Shown here in pieces: positions 24,401 through 36,350 of a stretch of DNA of 64,000 nt. The notes below the pieces were generated by a model, which did not search any database, was not told the origin of the DNA, and worked only from the letters and a program-made list of their open reading frames with translations. Numbering within the stretch: the stretch's first letter is position 1; each line of letters opens with the position of its first letter. Location: the NCBI GenBank assembly GCA_001179505.1, contig CDMY01000193.1:1-64000 (forward strand), given 5' to 3'. Source of the DNA: Vitrella brassicaformis CCMP3155 (lineage: Eukaryota > Protista > Chromerida). The position numbers were made by a program, and so were the translations under genes.

Positions 24401-27400
24401 CTCCTCTGCCTCCTCCTCGTCCTCTTCCTCCTCCTCGCCGACATCCCGGATGAGCCCCCTGGCCTTGTCCTCGATGCTCTTGACCCACCGCTCCTGCAGC
24501 TCCGGTGTGGGCGCCGTGGCCGCCGCCGACACCGCCCACAGCAGGTTGGACTCAGCCAGTGTGTTCCACATCATCAGATTCAGCTCGTCAATCGAGTGTG
24601 TCATGCCGTGGTCTGACACACACATAGGCAGTCAGTCAGACACACACAGATCAGATGGCATGGCATGGAGAGTTTCTCGTGGTTGGTGCGAGAGTGGAGT
24701 GAGCCAGCGTACCCTCAGCGAACTTCTGAGAGTTGGCGAGCGGGTCATCGCCCTGTTCAGGGAGGGGAGGGAGGGAGGGAAGACACATACATTGATGGTG
24801 TGTGTGGTGTTCGCCCGTGTGTTTTGATCGGTGGCTTACTTTGCAGAATTCCATGGTGGTGCTGGTCTCTGGACTGTGTTTGCCGCACTCGATGGTGAAC
24901 ATCATGACCACATTGCGCTCCTGCGGCCCGACCTCCTCCTCCTCACCCTCTCCAACACCCTTCTCGCCATCTGACCAAGCAACATAGCACAGCACAGCAC
25001 AGGTGGGGACTCATCTGCAGGGCGTCTTGGTTGTTGTGTGTGGTCCAATCAGGCGTCTGTCTCACCGACCTTCCAGGGCGTCAGCCGATCCCTTGTCGGC
25101 CTCCCCCTTGGCCCCTGCCTTGACCGGACGGTATTCCATCAAATTGTCACGGCTGCCCCCTCCCCGGCCGCGACGCTGTCGCCCCTCGCGCCTCCCTCGA
25201 CCTTTGCCGCCCCTCTCCTTGGAACCACCAGCACCTGCAGGGGCCGGTGGTGGCGCACCTGCTGCTGCAGCACTGGCGCTGCCCGCAGCAGCAGCTGCTG
25301 CCACTGCGGTGGCTGCAGCGGCCCCAGCCTTCGGTTTGGCCGACCAGATGGTGATTGTCCGTCCCTTGGCGCCACCACCACCTCCGCCCAGCTGTTGCTG
25401 CTGCTGGGCCTGTGGCTGTGGCTGTGGCTGTGGCTGTGGCTGTGGCTGCTGTTGTTGCTGCTGTGTAGTGGTGGTGACGGTGGCGCTGCTGTCCTGCTTG
25501 CTGACTTCGCCCTTCTTGCTGCTCCTGCGGCGGCCGCGGCGGCCGCTCTTACCCGTCGCCGCATTCGCATTGGCGGCCGTTGGTGGCTGGCCCTCAGTGG
25601 GACCATCCTGCTGCTGGCCGGCGGCGGCTGCAGCTGCAGCTGCAGGTGGCTCGGCGTTGGCAGAGAGAGCGACGGCCTCGGTGGCGGCTTGAAGGTCGGC
25701 GGGGGTGGGTGCGCGGGAGGAGTTGGGGGAGCTGTCGTCATCGTACGCGTGCCACGCCTGCAGTCCAGTCAGTCCAGGACAGACAGACAGACACAGACAT
25801 TGACGTAATGTCGTGGCGTCTCATGTGGGTGCAGTGCAGTGCATGGGCTGGATCGGATCGGATCAGTGTGCCTGCCGAATGAAAATCTCTATCGCATTGC
25901 ACGCACCTTAGGGCTCTTGAAGGATGGCGTGACCTTCTTCTCGGCCGTTGCGGCGCCAGGCAGCCGCACCTGGCTGCCGTTCAGCTGCCCCACACCACCT
26001 GCAGCAGCAGCCGGGCCACTGGCCGATGACGATGCACCAGCAGCAGCGGCTGCTGCGGGCTGTCCCTGCTGCTGCTGCTGTCTTGTCGTTTGGTGCTCTT
26101 TTGATGGCTCGTATCGCTGGACGCCTCGGCCACGGCGGTCGGTTTCCTTGGCCCGGCCGCCCTTGGGCTCACGGCCACCACGGCTAGGAGGAGCTGAGCA
26201 GGCAAGGACAGGACGGACACACACATGGATGGGATGACAGACAAGAATGTGTTTGTGTTTCCTTCTCTCTCTCTGCTTAGAGAGCTCACCTTCTTTGGGC
26301 TTCGGAGCAGCTTGCTGCTGCTGCTGCTGCTGCTGTGACACGACAATTTCCTCTGCAGGCCTGCTTGCACTCTCAATGACGTCCCGGTCCCTGCCACGGC
26401 CCCTCCCTCCTCTGCCGCGACCTCCTCGCCCACCACCACCGCCCACTGGATAATGCCCACCATCATCCTGCCCGTCGTCGTAGTCATGAACTCGCTGCTG
26501 CTGCTGCTGCTGGTGACGATCGCCCCCTCCACCAGCAGCCGTGGCCAGCCCTCGGCCACGACCGCCGCTGCCACCACCTCGCCCGCCTCTTCCGTAGTCA
26601 TGATCAACGCGGCCTCCGCCCCGCTGCCCGCCTGCACCGCGTCTGTTGCCCAACCCCCCTCTGCCCATCATGTGCTCTGGGTAGTCGTGATACGTGTCGT
26701 ACTGGTTGGGCGGGGGGTTGGGCGGCACTGGAGGGGCCGGGAAGGGGTGGAATGATGGCGAAGACGGCTGCTGCTTGGCCATGCCATGGCTTGGTCCGGT
26801 GCGACGGTGGTCGCTTCCCGACTGGCGCACGCCGATGTCCATGAGCTGCTGCTGCACGTTGGGCGGATGTCGGGTGTCGCTGCGGGGAGGGGCGTTGGCG
26901 CGATTCAGAATGCGCGGGCCGCCCTGGTCCTGCTGGTCGTAGGTGTCGTAGAACGGACGGCCTCCTCGGTGGCCACCGGGGCCGCCGTATGACGAATCTG
27001 AACGTGAGCCAGACACACACCAACCCACAAACAACAGCATGGCATGCAAGACGGACCCACTGACTGTCTCTGTCTGTCGCGTCTGCCTCAAGGTTTTGTC
27101 TCTCCCCTCCCCTACCCATGGTTCTGTTTCGGTTGCGGGCGCGTGCAGCGGCGTTGGTCTCCCACTCGGCCTCGAGGTCGGTCTGGAACTTTGCACCCGG
27201 CATGTCGGGCGGGGCCCGATGCTGCGGCGCTGATGGAGGGTTCGGTGGCGCCACGGGCGGCGCGGGACGGCCGCCACGGTACGGCTGTCGGTCCCCGCCC
27301 GAGTCCCAGCGGCTGTCGTTGCGCTGGTTGTAGTAGTTGTCGGGGTTGGTGGCGTAGGCGGGTCGGATGATGGTGGGAGGAGGGTGGGGGGAGGGAGTCG

Positions 27401-28370
27401 GGCCGGTGGGCGACCGTTCGTACGCCGGCTGGATGATCTGGGGTGGGGGAAACGTCTGCTGCTGACGCATGCCGCCTCCACCACCACCAGCACAAGCACC
27501 AGCAGCACCCCGTCCACCTCCGCGAGGACTATCGCGCCGCCACGAGTCGTGTTGTTGGTCTGTCTGCTGGGACCAGCCACTTCTGTCTGTGTCGCGTCCG
27601 CCGCCTCCTCCTCCTCTCATGTGGCTGGGCGGTGGGGGTGGCGGGACGTTCGGGGGTGGGAAGGGGGGAGGGTGGTCCGGGGGCGATGAGGGAATGTGCT
27701 CGCGGCCGCCGGCACGGACCGCAGGAGGGATGTACCGGGGCTGCTCGGGACGCTTCGGGCGGTCGTCGCGGTCAAGACGCTGCACACATACACACGTACG
27801 AGACAGACGGGGGACAGCCAGTTGTCTATGTGTCTGTCTTTTCTGCCTGTCTGTCTGTGTTGCTGCCCTGCCTGTGTGGTATGGTGTTGTGTTGTGTTGT
27901 GTTGTTTGTACGTCGTGTGCGTTATTCTGTCTGCCCTGTGCGGCGTTCATCATTTGGTCGGCGTACATGCCCCGGCTGTTGACGTGCACATTGCGGTCCG
28001 ACCCCTGCCCGTAGTCCGGCGATGGGGAGGGCCGGTCCTCGTACCGATCCTGACGGTATGAGGGGCCTCCACGGTCCTCGCGGTCATAGTCCCGACTGTC
28101 GCGACCATACCGGGTGGCACTGCCAGTGGCCGTATGTCTGTCCTCCTGCAGCAGACACACACAGAGAGGACGCCACACCACACCACACAGCATGCAGGTG
28201 CAGTGAGTGCATGTGCAGGTGATGAGTGCGCGTGTGGTCTGGTGTGGTGCAGTGCATGCCTGTTTGGGACGGCGCCAGTCGTCATCTTGGCGTCGCCAGT
28301 CGTCATTGCGGTCGTTGCGACGCCAGTCGTCCTGCTGGTGGCCGTACCCACCCCCTCGGTAGCGGGACAT
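21489..28370 (-). CDS. Very large low-complexity protein: RG/RGG-, Pro- and Gln-rich N-terminal half, small central helical domain, acidic C-terminal half with 40-aa repeats
   Basis: Starts MSRYRGGGYGHQQDDWRR. Phase-compatible GT-AG junctions link the segments (FKSPK|AWHAYDD near 25772; ALE|DGEK across 24973-25069). Ends TSHEGEQ*. No family recognised. Confidence 0.6.
22284..23241 (-). repeat. Tandem exon-intron array: four 120-bp phase-0 exons plus 83-bp and 37-bp flanking half-units
   Basis: Exons 22391-22510, 22598-22717, 22778-22897 and 22951-23070 each encode ILADEREAAETASEVADDxxAATHEAHVMAETASEVADDA-like units; introns 22511-22597 and 23071-23158 are near-identical. Confidence 0.9.
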
Positions 28371-28814
28371 GGCTGCTATTACTGATGGATGACTCCCTTC
28401 CACGAGACAGCGCCGCTCAGCCCCGGCGATCGATTTCCCTCTACCGTCGCACTGTCTTCCGCACACCAGACGGGCGATGGATGCCCTCACACACCGATGG
28501 AACACTCAGCCACGCAGCGCAGCCACGACAAACGACAGTGGTGCCGGTGGCAAGAGCTACGCGAGGGACGTCAGAAGGCCGCAGAGACCGCCTCACTGAG
28601 GCGAGATGGGAGCTGGTGTTGGTGCGTGAGCCGCCGGGCAGGGAAGGGATGCCGTCTGGTCACTGGAAAAAGTCAGCTCGCTCACCACAGATCTTAAAAC
28701 AGCACACCGCTCACAAAGCAACGCCGCATCGCATGCGCAACGCAGAGGAAAGGGCTGCGAGCTAAGCTGCGAGCCTCAGGCACGGGGGAAGGTCCTGGAG
28801 GCGTCTGGTTGAGG

Positions 28815-29554
28815 ATGAGTGTGTTGAGAGCGGTGACGTTTGTGTTTCTTGGCGTGTGTGGGATCTGCGTATCTCTGTACGCCATCCACGTGGAGGAGAT
28901 GGCCAAGGTGCCGGGCTACGTCGCCTCATGCGACTTTGGCAAGTTTGCCTCATGCTCACGGGTACCTACCCTGCGCACAGTCCAAAGCCGCCAAAAGCAA
29001 TGGATGGCCGGATGCTGCATGCTGCATGTGAATGCAATGTGTTTGTTGTGTGCAGGTCTTGTCGAGCGAGTATTCTCACTTCTTGCGGTGGGCCGGTGCG
29101 GTGCCGCGGAACCACCCACTCGACGTGTCAAACGCCGTGCTCGGTGGGAACGGAACGCATTGCAAAGTCAGGGCCAGCCATGGGAGATCTCGATTGGTGC
29201 CTGTGTGTGTGTGTCAGGTGTGATGTTTTACGTGCTGATAGTTCTGTTTCCGTTGATCCCGGGTCGTGGCAAGAGGCTGGGCTACCTGCTCATGTGCACA
29301 CTCTCGCTGGTGGGTGAGGCTGGTGGTGGTGAGCCTGGCCGTGTTTCCGCGCCACTCGTGTGTGTGTGTGTATATGACTGACTGGCTGTGTGTGTGTGTG
29401 TGTGTTTAGGCCTTCAGCGTCTTCCTGGCGTACATCCTCTATTTCATCCTTGTCGATTTCTGCGCCGTCTGCGTGTCCACATACGTCGTAAGCACACAAA
29501 GGCAGACAGACAGGCAAACAGACACCCAAACGGGGAAACACAGGCCAAAGCCAT

Positions 29555-29590
<36 letters not shown>

Positions 29591-29692
29591 GTGGTATGTG
29601 CGCGGCAGTTGAATACTCTGATATTCCTGGCGGTGCTGCGCGAGTATCGAAGCCCGCCGACAGCACCCAAAGCGAAGAAGAAGGCAACGTGA
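28815..29692 (+). CDS. VKOR: Vitamin K epoxide reductase family protein (VKORC1-like), 5 exons
   Basis: TM1 with SLYA..VE, loop cysteines CDFGKFASCSRV, redox motif FCAVCVSTYV, C-terminal dilysine KKKAT*. Confidence 0.9.
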
Positions 29693-29758
29693 GTGATTGA
29701 TGGCGGGGCACGACCAGACCAGCTGCATGGGCGAATTCAGGAGGGAGAGCGGGGCGGG

Positions 29759-30058
29759 NNNNNNNNNNNNNNNNNNNNNNNNNNNNNNNNNNNNNNNNNN
29801 NNNNNNNNNNNNNNNNNNNNNNNNNNNNNNNNNNNNNNNNNNNNNNNNNNNNNNNNNNNNNNNNNNNNNNNNNNNNNNNNNNNNNNNNNNNNNNNNNNNN
29901 NNNNNNNNNNNNNNNNNNNNNNNNNNNNNNNNNNNNNNNNNNNNNNNNNNNNNNNNNNNNNNNNNNNNNNNNNNNNNNNNNNNNNNNNNNNNNNNNNNNN
30001 NNNNNNNNNNNNNNNNNNNNNNNNNNNNNNNNNNNNNNNNNNNNNNNNNNNNNNNNNN
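29759..30058. other. Assembly gap (300 N)
   Basis: Run of N. Confidence 1.
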
Positions 30059-30642
30059 TTCAGTTGTTTGCGGGGTGTTGTTTGTCCGTCGATTCGAGCC
30101 GATTTGTCTGTGTAGCATAGCATGCTTGTGTAGGTGTGGCTGGCGAGCTGAGGGACTGACTCTTTTTCGTGTGCATACTCTGTCTGTATGTGTCGATGTC
30201 TGTGATCATGAATTTAATACATGAATGAATGAGTCGGTGCCGTGTCAGTCATCCACTTCGCGCCATTCCTCCTGTCAATCTCTCCCATGAATGGACACGC
30301 AGACACACACACACACACACGACAGGAGACAGACAGACCGATTTGCCCAGCCCCAGCCAGTGAGGCTCTCTCTCTACAATGGGCGCAAAAATCGACGATC
30401 GCCGGTCGCCCCTCGTGGCACGGCACAACACATGCACCAACACCATGCGAACAGCAGAGACAGGGCAACCGCATCTGCAGGCGAGGACAGAAATACCCGA
30501 TAGACACAGGCCCCTCGGTTCTCTGATCCACCAGCAGAACCACACAAACATACTGAGTGAACATCTACGAGAAGAATGCAAGCAAGGTGATTCAGTTCAT
30601 TTGCTTTGCTCACCATCAGTCAACGGCCTGTGTGTGGTCTGT

Positions 30643-31596
30643 CTAGCGTCGGAAATTCTTCCGTGGACACCGATGGCCCCTCCTCCGCACCCTCAGCCTT
30701 GGATACCTCTTCCTGGCGCACTTGAACTCACACATGCTCTTGAAAGTCAGGCCGACGCTGCTGCATATTGTCTCGGGCTTGTGGTCCTCCGGGAGACACC
30801 CCACCCCGACCCCTGCAAGCTGCGACGCCAAAAGCCCCGGGGGAAGCCCGACGCCTTCTTCGTTGCCTGGGCTGGGACGCGGGCTGGGAGCTTGCTCTCC
30901 AGCGGCCGGCTGTAGCAGGGTAAGCCCCGCCTCCTGATTGTCAGAGTCGGGTACCGACACTGTGCACACACACACAGAGAGAGAAGCGGCGGGAGGATGG
31001 GGGGAGACACGTCGCGTCACACAATGGTGGTCTGTGCTCACTTGTGCGCGGCGGAAGGCGCACAGGTTTTGGTAGCTCAGCCCCATACTGCTTCAGATGG
31101 GCAGCGGCGGGTAGGCCGCGGGGTTGCACGTGCACTCAACACGGCCCAGCAGCCGTATTGTGGCCTTCATGTCGGCAACCGACTCCTTTTTGATGCCTTC
31201 TTCGCATGTATCCTCCCCGATGAGTCTGAGCTTTGTGTTATCGCAGCGCATTTTCTCGAATTGGCACCGGTTGGCCACAGTGAATGCGCGCAGGCCGTCG
31301 GCCGCACACACGGGCCGCTGGGAAGCTGGGCAGGGCAGCCGACGGAAGACAAAGCAGTAACCGGACACATCTGCGGGATGACACACGGCCGACACACACA
31401 ACAGATCCATCGGTGTGTGTCCCTATGTGTGTGGTGCATCCCTCCACCCACAGATGGCGTGTCGGGGGCGATGCTCACCTTTGTTTGTCGGCGATGGGCT
31501 CTCCTCTTTGTTATTCTCGTCGATGAACAGATCCTGGGCCAAACACAGACCCAACAAACAACCAAATAGACACAATAAGCACGACTTTCCTCTCAT
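30643..31596 (-). CDS. Short secreted 3-Kazal paralogue; apparent 1-nt frameshift near 30800 (possible pseudogene or assembly error)
   Basis: MRGKSCLLCLFGCLLGLCLAQDLFIDENNKEE; Kazal 1 nearly identical to the 13772 gene; Kazal 2 CTCNPAAYPPLPICSSMGLSYQNLC; Kazal 3 CLPEDHKPETICSSVGLTFKSMCEFKC lies in a different frame. Confidence 0.75.
31196..31570 (-). repeat. Recent inverted duplicate of about 13790-14157 (signal-peptide exon, intron 1, Kazal 1)
   Basis: Exons nearly identical and intron 1 aligns along its full length; similarity stops right after GAGGATACATGCGA (EDTCE). Confidence 0.88.
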
Positions 31597-31780
31597 CCGG
31601 AAAAGGTCGATCCGTCCGGGGCCTGAGCCAGCCGTTGGGGGCAGTGCCTTCCCTTCGCCCCCTCTCCCTCTACTAGCTTCGTGGTGTAGGCGGCGAACTT
31701 CTCGGCGAATTCCTTGGTGTACTTGGCGCAGTCGGCACTAGCTGCACACAATCAGCGTGACCGCCTGCCTCCCAGCATCG

Positions 31781-33816
31781 ATGGTCCCTTCCTCCGGCTT
31801 GGCTGTGTGGGCCGTGTGTTTGGTGAGCTGTGTGGTGTCTGCGGCGTCGTCTCCTGTGGCTGCGGGATTGACAGCCGAGGGCGATGACAAGACCTGGACC
31901 GTCGCCCACAACAAATATCGCTGTCTGCACGGCGGGCCTTATCTGACGTGGAACCAGTGGGTGGCCGACTCAGGTGAACACTTTTCTCTGCATGGTGTTT
32001 CAATCTGCGGATCGTTTGGCTTGTCCTTCCGCCTTCGTCCCTCTCGCGCCTGCGTGCAGCACAAGAATGGTCCAACAAGCTGAAGTCGGGAGAAGAGTCC
32101 GGACATTCTAAGTCATACAATCTTGGACCACCTCAGGGGCCGGCAGGTGGGTAGACGACACAGCAGTGTGTGTGTCCATCGGGCAGGCAGACACGCCTGC
32201 ACTGTCTCAATCTTCCCCTTGCCTGCTGCGCCTGTCTCATTTCCGTGTAGGGGAGAACCTGGCATGGGGCCACCGCGATCAGGAGCACGCCACATCTGCC
32301 TGGTATTAGGTCGCCGTGACGATTGCTGCTAGGCGGCATGCAAGTGTGCACTTTGCGTGAGGATTTATGGACATATAGGTACAACGAGTACGACCTGTGG
32401 ATCGAGACGTCGCAGGACAGCTTCAGCTCTGGCACCGGGTGGGTGGGTGGGTGGGTGGGCGATCCACTCGGATGCTCTCTGCCAGGAAATGGTCACGTGT
32501 GCACTGCACGTTCTATATTGTTTGTGTCTTTCTTTGTCCCTCCTTTTGTTCTAGCCACTTCACTGGTAGGTGAGGTCGCTTATCCCGACGTTGATTGAGA
32601 CACATCACCAGGAGATGTCGATTTTCTGTCGTCTGTCTCTCTCGCCGTGGCAGCGATGGTGTGGAAGGGTGTGCGGCAGCTGGGGTGCGGCACAGCCGAA
32701 AGAACATACACCTGCAGATACAAAGCCAGGGACAAGATGGTAAGGTACCGAGGCGCACTACCGCAGCCGCATAGATGTTCTTGTCTGTCTCATGGACTCT
32801 GCGTGTCCTCTCCCTGCCTGCAGGGCAAGGACACGCCAAATATGGGCGGGGGTTACACCACCCAGGTGCCGAAACGAGGCAGCAGATCGGAAAAGGAGTG
32901 CGAAGAGGAAGCCGAGTACATCTGGTGTAAGTCTACCTGCATGCACCAAGGCCGCGTGAAGCATCTCTTGCACCGTCTCTCACTCTCTCTCTACCTTTGT
33001 TGTCTGTCTGTCTGTCTGTCTGTCCGGCGTATCAGATCTTGTGAAGAACTACACAGCTGAGCTGAAAGAGTACTGCGGCTCGGCTCAGGTACCTTAGCAG
33101 AGACACACTTACTTCTCCGCCACAGAGACACTGCGCGCCTGCATGTTCTGTCTTGGATGGACAGAGCGCCTACATCGCCGCTGCCCAAATGTGGCTGACG
33201 ATGAAGACTGACTGACTGACATGCATCAGCTTTATCCATCCCTGCCTGCCTCAATGGCCATGTTTTTCGCCTGTCTTTCTCATAGGTACGACGAGTACGC
33301 TGCTCAGAACATCACCGCACCTGACAACCCCGCGGACCAGCCCATCATCGCCAGAGACTGGGAGCGCTTCACAAACGCTCTCGACATCTCACAGGGAGAT
33401 CGGGTGGGCACCGCACTCTGACTGACACAACACTCACTCGTGGAGAGAGCCTCGAGTGGTGTCCTGCCCAGCCATTGCTTCTATCGTGTGTGTCCGTGTG
33501 TCGTCTGATTGATGGGATGGATGCCTGCAGGCACGACTGCTGGCGATCATGGACAGGAGCGAGGATGGCGAGATCAGCAACGAGGAATTCATGTTTGTTG
33601 CCGACGGTCGGTCTGCGGAGACTACGATGTGCTCAAGGATGGATGTCTCTGTCCATGTGTGCAGATGGTGTGGGGGCTTGGAAGAACAATCGTCTTTGCA
33701 GCTTCGGCACAGGCGTTGACGACACTGACCTGTACAGCGACAGCGTGAGACGCGCGCCGCTTGGGCTGCTCTCTGCCACGATTGCTCTCTTCAGTGTGGG
33801 GGTGTGGGTGAGCTAG
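31781..33816 (+). CDS. Secreted CAP/SCP (PR-1-like) domain protein with an EF-hand-like motif and putative GPI-anchor signal
   Basis: Signal peptide; HNKYRCLHG, SAQEWS, GENLAWG, AW-YNE, GHFTAMVWK, LGCG, YTCRY; DRSEDGEISNEE loop; hydrophobic C-terminus SDSVRRAPLGLLSATIALFSVGVWVS*. Confidence 0.82.
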
Positions 33817-34259
33817 ACTGACCGATGGATGCGATTTATAAGCTGCATGGACTGGATGCCTGGACTGGATGCCTGGTCTCATTTGGCAACTTGATCTTCA
33901 CGCCCAGCGCTAGCCTCTAGCGAGTGCCATGTCATGTCATGTCATGCTGCGAATGAGTGAGCGTGACAAGAGCAGCGAGTTGTAGCTATGGTTGCCGTAG
34001 GTTGACTGATTGACAGAGAGCGGACAAATACGTGATTGAGCGGTTGCGATGAATGAGAGTCCACATCACACGTCGATCGACACACCGACACACTATCAAT
34101 CACATCAATCACATCAGATCGATACCCTATCCACACACGCGGTGTGCACTCCTTCCCACGCCACTCCACGCGACTCGACGCGACATCAAATGCAGCCAGC
34201 CAGCCACTGTGAGAGAGAGTGAGTGAATGAATTAGTCAGTCAGTCAGTCAGTCAGTGAG

Positions 34260-35946
34260 TCAGTACACGCAGGCGCTTGGCCGCTCTTCACACATCCTGT
34301 ACAGCTCTTCCTCCTCCCTCTGCGCCACCTGCCCCTCAGTGAGACACTCAAACAGCCCCACCCCCTCCGCCCACCCGTCCCCCCAACACACGTACTCGTC
34401 TCTGTCCAGCACACGCCCCCCCAGCATCCTCCCCTTGGCACCCTCGATGGCCTTGAACTTGCCAAACGCCCAGCAGACGGCCTGGGAGGGGCCTTCAAGG
34501 ATATACCCAGCAACACACGAAAACTCCACCCGCTCCCCCCAGCCGGTGAGAAAGACGGTGCCGTTGGTCTTGCTCTCCCTGCCCACCGTGACACGGCCGA
34601 ATGGCGGCACCGTGGCCTGGCAGTCGACTGAGCACGGACACCGCCAGTCTACCTCAGAATGATCGGTGATGTCGTCAAATCGGCGCAGGGGCACTTCTGC
34701 GTCTTCGGGGCTCGTGAGGTCAGGTGAGGGCAGGTTGAGCGAGGGGAACTTGAAGGCCCCGTACTTGGTGAAGAGGCCGAAGTGGTCCTCCGAATACGAC
34801 CCCCCGTTCATCTCGTACTTGATGTCCTCATCAAACGCCTCGAACAGATACATGCTCGTCTTGACGTTTGGACGCAGGGGAGTGCCGCGGGCCACCGATG
34901 CATCAGACCGCCTCACCATCTGCTCGAGGTACGCCTGCGCCACAGGGAGGGTGGCGTCCTTGGCGGCGCCCGTGGGCCAGCCGGTTTCGCCGATAATGAG
35001 ATCCACCGACCAGTTGCCGAGGCGGTGCAGATAGACTTGCAGGTCGAATAGCTCATCGAAGTGATGGAAGTAGAGGCACTCGGGCAGGCCGGTGGCAGGG
35101 TCGGTGCGGAAGTAGGCCGTGCAGTTGACGGCCCCGTTGCCCCACGCGTAGGTGCGGGCATCTTCTGGTTGGCCGTATACGGCATAGCTGAGCGGGTAGT
35201 ACTTGCGGTCAGCAAACCTGAGTGAGCGAGCGAGAGGACAGGCGAAATGAGATGAGCACATGACATCATTGACACGGCCGCTCTGTTGTGCCCTGCCCTC
35301 CCTCCCTCACTCAGCTCTCAGCTCACCATGGGTAGATGTTGAAGCACCACTTTGACTCCTCCCTCTGGATGATGTCCAGGATGGGCCTGAGGGTCGTGTT
35401 GTAGTAGGTGTCCCAGATCGTGTTGTCCAGTATCGACGCACTAAATGGCACCGTCGGCTTGGCCGGCAGCCGGTAGCGCCCCCGCCCTCTCCTGGCAGAC
35501 CTCTCCCCTGTGTCACGCAGAGCCTCAGCCACATTCCTGAACGCTGGCGCGAGGAAGGGCCCGTTGAGCTCTGCGTGATATGGCAGCAGCGGCTCGTTGC
35601 CAACCGCCACATACTCTATCAGTTCGCCATAGGGCTCCAGCGACTTGACCATCTCGTATGCAGATCCCCGCTCGCCCCGCCGACCATACGCGAAGGCCTC
35701 CAGCTTGTCGTTCTCATTCGACACGAGCATGCGGACGTTGCAGCCGAAGACCACGACCACGGTGTCGAGGCGGACGAAGTCGATTTCGAAGAATTTGATC
35801 TTACGAATGCCCGCCAACCGGAGCACCTCCATGGCCTGCCAGAGGGAGAGCGGGTTGGACGTGAAGCTGTCGCTGAAGTTGATGCCCACCCAGGCAAGGC
35901 ATGTCATCGGGATGAGGACGAGAAGCAGAAGGGATTGAAGAAACAT
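34260..35946 (-). CDS. Secreted GH17 beta-1,3-glucanase with C-terminal Sushi/CCP-like module; single intron
   Basis: Signal peptide; VGINF; catalytic VAVGNEP and IIGETGWP; YLFEAFDE..SEDHFGLF; GERVEFSCVAGYILEGPSQAVC. Confidence 0.9.
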
Positions 35947-36350
35947 GGCCGATGCCAAAAGAGCTGCTGAGATCCTAGTAGAACTTACATCTGTTCTGGA
36001 AATACGGCCTATATGGCAAGATGCGAAGATCTGTGTTAGAGCTCATGGATTGTTTTATGCCGGCCACTGGCCAACCCTTCACCCATCTGTTCGGGACATG
36101 GCGTTTCCCATCGAATGGGACAAGGAGAGGACAGGAGAGCAAAGGAGGCAGTCTTGTGGATCCCCTGAGCCTCATCGTCAACTGGTCGTCAACCTGTTGT
36201 TAGCATATACCCTGCCAGTCAACTCGGTTGTTGTTCGCCGGCATCCTCTGTTGTCGAGGGCGGCTGGAGGTCATCCCCCATCAGTCTGTGCTGCGGTGCC
36301 ACAGGGAGGGCTTGGGCCTTGCTGATTGATCCATCGTTGTCATTGAGACC

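Noticed and set aside
25889-28505. Very long overlapping ORFs (563 and 633 aa) suggesting overlapping genes
   Set aside because: They run through microsatellite introns and switch between true and false frames; expected in GC-rich low-complexity sequence.
30060-30600. Exon-like segment next to the gap on the minus strand
   Set aside because: No interpretable product; truncated by the assembly gap.
35945-36325. 126-aa plus-strand ORF whose ATG overlaps the GH17 start codon in a CATG palindrome
   Set aside because: No recognisable protein features; lies in the divergent promoter spacer and is likely chance.
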